Below are positions 58,869 through 64,000 of a stretch of DNA of 64,000 nt, one piece after another. Each line of letters opens with the position of its first letter. Position 1 is the stretch's first letter. The translations under genes were made by a program, and so were the position numbers. Origin of the DNA: a virus; IMG/VR virus record IMGVR_UViG_3300003937_000247; one strand, written 5' to 3'. Below the pieces are notes generated by a model, which was not told the DNA's origin, ran no database searches, and saw only the letters and a program-made list of their open reading frames with translations.

Positions 58869-60251
58869 ATGACGGACAAAACTGTGGCAGATTTGCCAAA
58901 GAAAAACGCCGTTCCAGCTGAAGCGCCAAAATCATTGGCTGCAACTGTACAACAAGTATTAACAAAAGCAGTTACGCATCCAAGTGATCCAAAATCGGAT
59001 TTCGCACAAGGGGTAAGTCATATTACTGGCGACCCACACCAGAAAAGTGCAGGCACAGCGGACACATCAAACATTACATCTCTTAAGCGAGAAGATACAG
59101 ACAAAGAAGACGATAAAGAAAAAGAAACTTTAAAAGCAAATGCTGATAAAGAAAAAGAGTCTGTAAAAGAAGACGCTAAAGAGGATGAAAAGGACGAAAA
59201 AGAAACTTTAAAAGCAAATGCTGATAAAGAAAAAGAAAAAGATAAAGAAGAAGTAAAAGAAGGCGAACTTCCAGCTGCTTTGCAAAAAGCAATTGATAAG
59301 AAGAAGGAAGGCGCTAAAGAGTCTGACGAAAAAGAAGACAAAAAAGACGTTAAAGAATCTGAAGAAAAATCTAAAGAAGAAAAAGAAAAAGAAATTTCTA
59401 AAGTGACTGAAGACGAAGACAAGAAAGACAAGAAAGAAGACGAGAAGAAAGACGAAGTTAAGGAAGAAGACGAAAAATCTAAAGAAGTTAAGAAAGAAAC
59501 TGCTAAAGATAAAGTTAAAGACCTTGATGTAAAAGAAGACGTTAAAGCTCTAACTGATGGTGAAGACCTTTCAGAAGAATTTAAAGCTAAAGCGGCTACA
59601 ATCTTCGAATCTGCTATCAAAGCAAAACTTGTTGAAGAAATTGAAAAATTGGAAGGCGAATACGAAACTAAAGTTGCTGAGAAAGTTGAAGAAACTAAAT
59701 CAGAAATCGTAGAAAAAGTTGACGCTTATCTAAATTATGTCGTTGAGGAGTGGATGAAAGAAAACGAATTAGCGATAGAAAAAGGTTTAAGAGCTGAGAT
59801 TACTGAAGATTTTATTGGTGGTCTTAAATCTTTATTTGAATCTCATTACATCAATGTTCCACAAGAGAAGTATGATGTTATTGAGACTCAGGCTGCAGAA
59901 ATAGAGAAGTTAAAAGAAGAAGTTAACCAATCTATTGAAAAAACAGTTGAGTTAAATCAGAAGGTGGGAGAGTTTACTAGAGATGGAATTATAAAAGAAG
60001 TATCTAGTGATCTTGCTGAAACTGAAACTGAAAAACTTAAAGGTTTAGCAGAAGGAATTGAATATAAGGACGCAGAAAGTTTTAGAAAAAGTGTAGAAAC
60101 GTTAAAAAATTCTTACTTCCCTAAAACAGAAGCGAGTGATAAACAATCTAATGAAGTAGCTGACAATAATGCTGGTTCTGATATGACGGAATCAATGGCT
60201 GCATATACGGCTGCAATTAGTAAATCAAAGAAAAATCCTTATCTTAAATAG
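58869..60251 (+). CDS. gp22: Prohead core scaffold gp22 with long K/E/D-rich insertion
   Basis: 'LSEEFK.KAATIFE.A', 'VD.YLNYVVEEWM.ENELAIE.GL', 'F..GLK.LF..HYI.VP'. Confidence 0.95.
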   Translation: MTDKTVADLPKKNAVPAEAPKSLAATVQQVLTKAVTHPSDPKSDFAQGVSHITGDPHQKSAGTADTSNITSLKREDTDKEDDKEKETLKANADKEKESVKEDAKEDEKDEKETLKANADKEKEKDKEEVKEGELPAALQKAIDKKKEGAKESDEKEDKKDVKESEEKSKEEKEKEISKVTEDEDKKDKKEDEKKDEVKEEDEKSKEVKKETAKDKVKDLDVKEDVKALTDGEDLSEEFKAKAATIFESAIKAKLVEEIEKLEGEYETKVAEKVEETKSEIVEKVDAYLNYVVEEWMKENELAIEKGLRAEITEDFIGGLKSLFESHYINVPQEKYDVIETQAAEIEKLKEEVNQSIEKTVELNQKVGEFTRDGIIKEVSSDLAETETEKLKGLAEGIEYKDAESFRKSVETLKNSYFPKTEASDKQSNEVADNNAGSDMTESMAAYTAAISKSKKNPYLK

Positions 60252-60294
60252 ATTTGGATTTTAGTTAATTAACTAAAAAAAGGAGAGATAGAAA

Positions 60295-61671
60295 ATGTTT
60301 TTATCTGAATCAATACAACAAAAGTGGCAGCCTGTTTTGGATCATCCTGACCTTCCAGAGGTTAAGGATAGTTACAAACGAGCCGTTACTTCAATGGTGT
60401 TGGAGAACCAAGAAAAAGCGCTTAAAGAAGACGCAGCTTTCTTAACAGAAGCAGCTCCTACAAACGCAACAGGTTCATCAATACAAAATTGGAACCCTAT
60501 TTTAATTAGCTTAGTTAGAAGAAGTATGCCTAACCTTATCGCTTACGATATCGCTGGTGTACAACCAATGTCAGGCCCTACAGGCTTGATTTTCGCTATG
60601 AGAAGCAGATATACTTCTCAAAGTGGTGGTGAAGCTCTTTTTGACGAAGCTGATACAGATTTTTCTGGCCGTAATGCGGCTGGTTCATCTGTTGCAGGTG
60701 CTTCCGCAGTCGCACACGCTGGCGAAAACCCAGCCGTGCTTAACGACTCAATAGGTACTTCTACTGGATACACATCTGGTACAGGTATGACTACAGCTTA
60801 CGCAGAAGCTCTTGGAGATGCTGCTGCTAACGCTTTCGCTGAAATGGCATTCTCAATTGAGAAATCAACTGTGACTGCAAAAAGCAGAGCGCTAAAAGCC
60901 GAGTACACTATGGAGTTAGCACAAGACCTTAAAGCAATTCACGGCTTAGACGCTGAAACTGAATTATCAAACATCTTATCTGCTGAAATCTTAGCTGAAA
61001 TCAATAGAGAAGTAGTTAGAACAGTTTATAGAACTGCTGAAGTTGGTGCTGCTGATAACGATAACTCACACGCTGCTATTAACACGACAACAGCTGGAAT
61101 TTTTGACCTTGATACTGACTCAAATGGTAGATGGTCGGTTGAGAGATTCAAAGGACTTATGTTCCAACTGGAAAGAGATGCTAATACTATCGCACAAAGA
61201 ACAAGACGTGGAAAAGGTAATATGATTATCTGTTCTTCTGACGTTGCTAGTGCTTTACAAATGGCTGGTGTTTTAGATTACACTCCTGCGTTAAACAACA
61301 ACTTAAACATTGACGATACTGGTAATACTTTTGCTGGTGTTTTAAATGGCAAATTTAAAGTTTACATTGACCCATATGCTGCTAATTTAGCTTCAAATGC
61401 AAGTCCTGCTAAACAATACTATGTTGTTGGTTACAAAGGAACATCGCCATATGACGCAGGATTATTTTACTGCCCATATGTACCTCTACAAATGGTTAGA
61501 GCGGTAGGCCAAGACAACTTCCAACCAAAAATTGGATTTAAAACTAGATACGGCATGGTGGCAAACCCATTTGCTGGCGCTAGTGCGTCTTCAGCTATTA
61601 CTGCTGACGGTGTTGGTGCAATCAACGCTAACAGATACTACAGACGTGTTCAAGTTACGAACATTATGTAA
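60295..61671 (+). CDS. gp23: Major capsid protein gp23
   Basis: 'KW.PVL', 'LVRRSMPNLIAYDIAGVQPMSGPTGLIFAMR', 'KSRALKAEYT.ELAQDLKAIHGLDAE.EL', 'FYCPYVPL', 'FQPKIGFKTRYG'. Confidence 0.98.
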   Translation: MFLSESIQQKWQPVLDHPDLPEVKDSYKRAVTSMVLENQEKALKEDAAFLTEAAPTNATGSSIQNWNPILISLVRRSMPNLIAYDIAGVQPMSGPTGLIFAMRSRYTSQSGGEALFDEADTDFSGRNAAGSSVAGASAVAHAGENPAVLNDSIGTSTGYTSGTGMTTAYAEALGDAAANAFAEMAFSIEKSTVTAKSRALKAEYTMELAQDLKAIHGLDAETELSNILSAEILAEINREVVRTVYRTAEVGAADNDNSHAAINTTTAGIFDLDTDSNGRWSVERFKGLMFQLERDANTIAQRTRRGKGNMIICSSDVASALQMAGVLDYTPALNNNLNIDDTGNTFAGVLNGKFKVYIDPYAANLASNASPAKQYYVVGYKGTSPYDAGLFYCPYVPLQMVRAVGQDNFQPKIGFKTRYGMVANPFAGASASSAITADGVGAINANRYYRRVQVTNIM

Positions 61672-61693
61672 TATTTGTTGAGAAACAAATCAG

Positions 61694-61721
61694 AAAAGGG
61701 CGCTTCGGCGCCCTTTTTTTT
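61694..61721 (+). terminator. Rho-independent terminator after gp23
   Basis: AAAAGGGCGC-TTCG-GCGCCCTTTTTTTT: perfect stem, UUCG loop, U-tract. Confidence 0.92.
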
Positions 61722-61735
61722 GGCCTAATAAGTCT

Positions 61736-61743
61736 TATAAATA
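61736..61743 (+). promoter_or_regulatory. T4-type late promoter TATAAATA, 5 nt before gp3 ATG
   Basis: Exact consensus. Confidence 0.85.
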
Positions 61744-61748
61744 GTAGT

Positions 61749-62375
61749 ATGACAATTATAAACTCTAATACAAGACAGCCAACTAAACTAGACTATGCAA
61801 GTCCTACACAATTTAAGTTTTCTATAATTAAATTACCTAAAGTAGAATACTTTTGTACGGCTGCAAACATACCTGGTATCACACTAGGTACTGCAAATCA
61901 GGATACACCTTTTAAAGATATACCTATCCCAGGTGATAAAGCAGATTATGATACTTTGAATATATCTTTTTTAGTAGATGAAAATTTAGAAAACTATAGA
62001 GAGATCCATGGATGGATGACTGGTCTTGGTTTTCCTAAAGACCATTCACAATTTAGAAATTTACAACAAGCTGGTTCAGATAGATATCCTACTACTACAA
62101 GTGAAACTTATAATAAAGAATTAGGACAAGTAGTAAAACAAACTTCGGATGATGGTGGTTTATATTCAGACGCTACATTATTTGTATTAACAAGTAAAAA
62201 CAATCCAAATATAGAAGTTAGATTTAGAGATATATATCCTATATCATTGTCTGGTTTAGATTACAATCAACAAGCAACAGATATTAATTATCTAACTTGC
62301 GCTGTTACATTTCAATACAAGATATATGAGTTTGCAAATATTAGTGGGAGCACAACTATAGAAACTACTAGTTAA
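61749..62375 (+). CDS. gp3: Tail tube terminator gp3-like
   Basis: 'SPTQFKF.I.KLPKVEYF...ANIPGI.LG', 'FLVDENL.NY.EIH.W', 'SDATL..LTS', 'F.D.YP.SLS.L.Y'. Confidence 0.85.
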   Translation: MTIINSNTRQPTKLDYASPTQFKFSIIKLPKVEYFCTAANIPGITLGTANQDTPFKDIPIPGDKADYDTLNISFLVDENLENYREIHGWMTGLGFPKDHSQFRNLQQAGSDRYPTTTSETYNKELGQVVKQTSDDGGLYSDATLFVLTSKNNPNIEVRFRDIYPISLSGLDYNQQATDINYLTCAVTFQYKIYEFANISGSTTIETTS

Positions 62376-62399
62376 TTATAAAATAAATAATATTATATT

Positions 62400-63794
62400 A
62401 TGACCGTTCGCAAAAGACCATCACAGCAAAATTTACGTAAATTTATTACACGAGGAGGACCAGGAGACAAGTACCTTGGGGAAGGGAAAGTCAATATGGA
62501 CTCGTGGTTCAAAAAAGAGAATGTAGATATTTTAGAAGACCAAATTAGAAGTGGAGAGTTACCATTCTTTTGTGGTGCACCATTTCAAATGGTTTATACT
62601 ACAACTAGAGGAGAATATGCTCCATGTTCCTGGGTACAAGAAGGTTTTAATCCTAACATAAAAAATGTAAGTATTAAAAAATACTTTAAAGATAATGCAA
62701 ATTTAAATGCTCTCCGTAAAGAGATGACCACTCCTGGGGACCCTTTAAAGTTAGCAAAAAAATGGTGTGTAAACTGTATGAGTCAGGAAAAGATTTATGG
62801 TAGATCAAGGAGACAAGCTTCATTAAAAATACAAACAAACGATAGAGGTTTATGGCCTGGTATAAGAAGAGCTGTTGAAGAATGGAAGAAGACAGGACAA
62901 GGTCATTTAGAAGATAGAATATTAGAGATACAAATTAAAGCATTTGGAAACAAATGTAACCTAGATTGTTATATGTGTGTTCCTTATGATTCTACTACCA
63001 GATTAAAGACTATACATTCTGAACAACTAAAAGATGAAAAGGTATTTTCAGAATATGCTAAAACACATATTGCAGCTATGCCAAAACAAACTCTTACTTC
63101 TATAGTAGACCAGGTAGCTGAACTTGCCCCATACATTTATAACTTAAAGTTTATTGGTGGTGAACCTTTAGTTATGAAAAACTTTTATGAGATGTTAGAC
63201 GCAATAATAAAGACAGGACACGCTGATAAAATGTTTGTAAAATATCAGACTAATATGTCCGTAGTAGAATTTGAAAGAGTTAAAATAACAAATTATATTC
63301 CTCATTTTTTAAACTTTGAATTTACAGTATCTTTGGATGGAGTTGATAAGTGGGATGAATATATTAGACGTAGGTCTGATTTTGAAGGAATTGTTAACAA
63401 CATAAGAGAGGTAAAAAAATATCCTAATGTAACTGTAAACGTAAATGGAACAATATCCTTTTTAAGTGTATTGAGATTCTATAAATTGATAGAATGGTTT
63501 AATGATAATAATGATTTATTCTTTCAGATAAACTGGTCAAATATCAGAGGACCAAAGAAATTATGTGCCAATGTATTGCCTGATAAGATCAAAGAAGACC
63601 TTATTCCATTGTATAAAGACTGGCCAGACATACAAAATGTTCTTAAAGAAGACAATCACGGACTAGACTATCAGGATACGCTTGACTACCTTTTAATGAA
63701 TGATAAATACTATAAAGGCACTAAATGGGATATGAATTTATTTGAGGTATTTCCTGAACTAGAACCATATCATAATAAAAAGGAGACAAAGTAA
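62400..63794 (+). CDS. Radical SAM protein with N-terminal twitch/SPASM-like domain
   Basis: 'FCGAPF...APCS...CVNC' precedes CNLDCYMC; GGEP; 'SLDG..KWDEYIR'. Confidence 0.88.
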   Translation: MTVRKRPSQQNLRKFITRGGPGDKYLGEGKVNMDSWFKKENVDILEDQIRSGELPFFCGAPFQMVYTTTRGEYAPCSWVQEGFNPNIKNVSIKKYFKDNANLNALRKEMTTPGDPLKLAKKWCVNCMSQEKIYGRSRRQASLKIQTNDRGLWPGIRRAVEEWKKTGQGHLEDRILEIQIKAFGNKCNLDCYMCVPYDSTTRLKTIHSEQLKDEKVFSEYAKTHIAAMPKQTLTSIVDQVAELAPYIYNLKFIGGEPLVMKNFYEMLDAIIKTGHADKMFVKYQTNMSVVEFERVKITNYIPHFLNFEFTVSLDGVDKWDEYIRRRSDFEGIVNNIREVKKYPNVTVNVNGTISFLSVLRFYKLIEWFNDNNDLFFQINWSNIRGPKKLCANVLPDKIKEDLIPLYKDWPDIQNVLKEDNHGLDYQDTLDYLLMNDKYYKGTKWDMNLFEVFPELEPYHNKKETK

Positions 63795-64000
63795 TGACAC
63801 AATTAGACCTATTAGATGAAAGGCGACACGTAAAGGTATATGATGGTGAATCTATACCTGATAAGGAGTTGATTGAAAAGATCCTTTGGAGAGCATGGAA
63901 AGTTACGCCTTCAAAAAATAATTTTATGCCATATCACGTTAACGTTTTAGGACCTGAAAGGGCTTCTGAAAAAGAATCAATATGGATGAAATCAGTTAAG
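63794..64000 (+). CDS. Nitroreductase-family protein (3'-truncated; not in ORF track)
   Basis: Manual translation MTQLDLLDERRHVKVYDGESIPDKELIEKILWRAWKVTPSKNNFMPYHVNVLGP...: 'RR.V..Y' and 'TPS..N..P' FMN-binding motifs; AGGAG RBS. Confidence 0.75.
   Translation, partial: MTQLDLLDERRHVKVYDGESIPDKELIEKILWRAWKVTPSKNNFMPYHVNVLGPERASEKESIWMKSVK

Noticed and set aside
59018-59620. 200-aa Ser/Phe/Leu-rich minus-strand ORF
   Set aside because: Antisense shadow of the GAA/AAA-rich gp22 linker.
50973-61671. Introns, inteins or homing endonucleases in gp17, gp20 or gp23
   Set aside because: Genes are continuous and of normal length.
1-64000. tRNA, rRNA or riboswitch (including a cobalamin riboswitch before 28405)
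   Set aside because: Intergenic gaps are short and AT-rich; no cloverleaf or B12-box recognised; a covariance-model search would be needed to exclude them fully.
1-64000. Alternative genetic code or stop-codon readthrough
   Set aside because: Core genes are full length in the standard code and TAA, TAG and TGA all serve as stops.

Overview
AT-rich segment of a large T4-like myophage genome. The architecture (VrlC-like protein after gp8, no gp24 after gp23, gp3 directly behind gp23) is that of marine T4-like phages; a SAR11/pelagiphage-type host is plausible but only inferred. Order: baseplate region (gp7 C-terminal part, gp9/10-type fibre, gp8, VrlC-like, fibres; 1-12.4 kb); a ~21 kb accessory enzyme island in four alternating transcription units (12.5-33.3 kb: NDP-sugar epimerase, glycosyltransferase-like genes, methyltransferase, carbamoyltransferase, DegT aminotransferase, radical SAM enzymes including a B12-dependent one, four 2OG-Fe(II) oxygenase-like genes, an S-component-like membrane protein, a TctA/TctC-like transporter pair, an ATP-grasp enzyme); a ~14.6 kb array of repeat-rich fibre and adaptor genes (33.3-48 kb); the core gp13-gp23 and gp3 (48-62.4 kb); and the start of a second accessory block (radical SAM, nitroreductase). 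T4 late promoters (TATAAATA) punctuate the window. Main observations: (1) CATG, GAATTC and GATGC/GCATC are depleted except where flanked by an extra G or C, suggesting context-specific DNA protection; (2) the enzyme island sits behind back-to-back late-promoter boxes and carries candidate cofactor/substrate importers; (3) fibre genes show paired C-terminal/N-terminal motifs suggesting a plug-and-socket assembly chain, and three fibres share one C-terminal motif. All motif counts are by eye, not computed.
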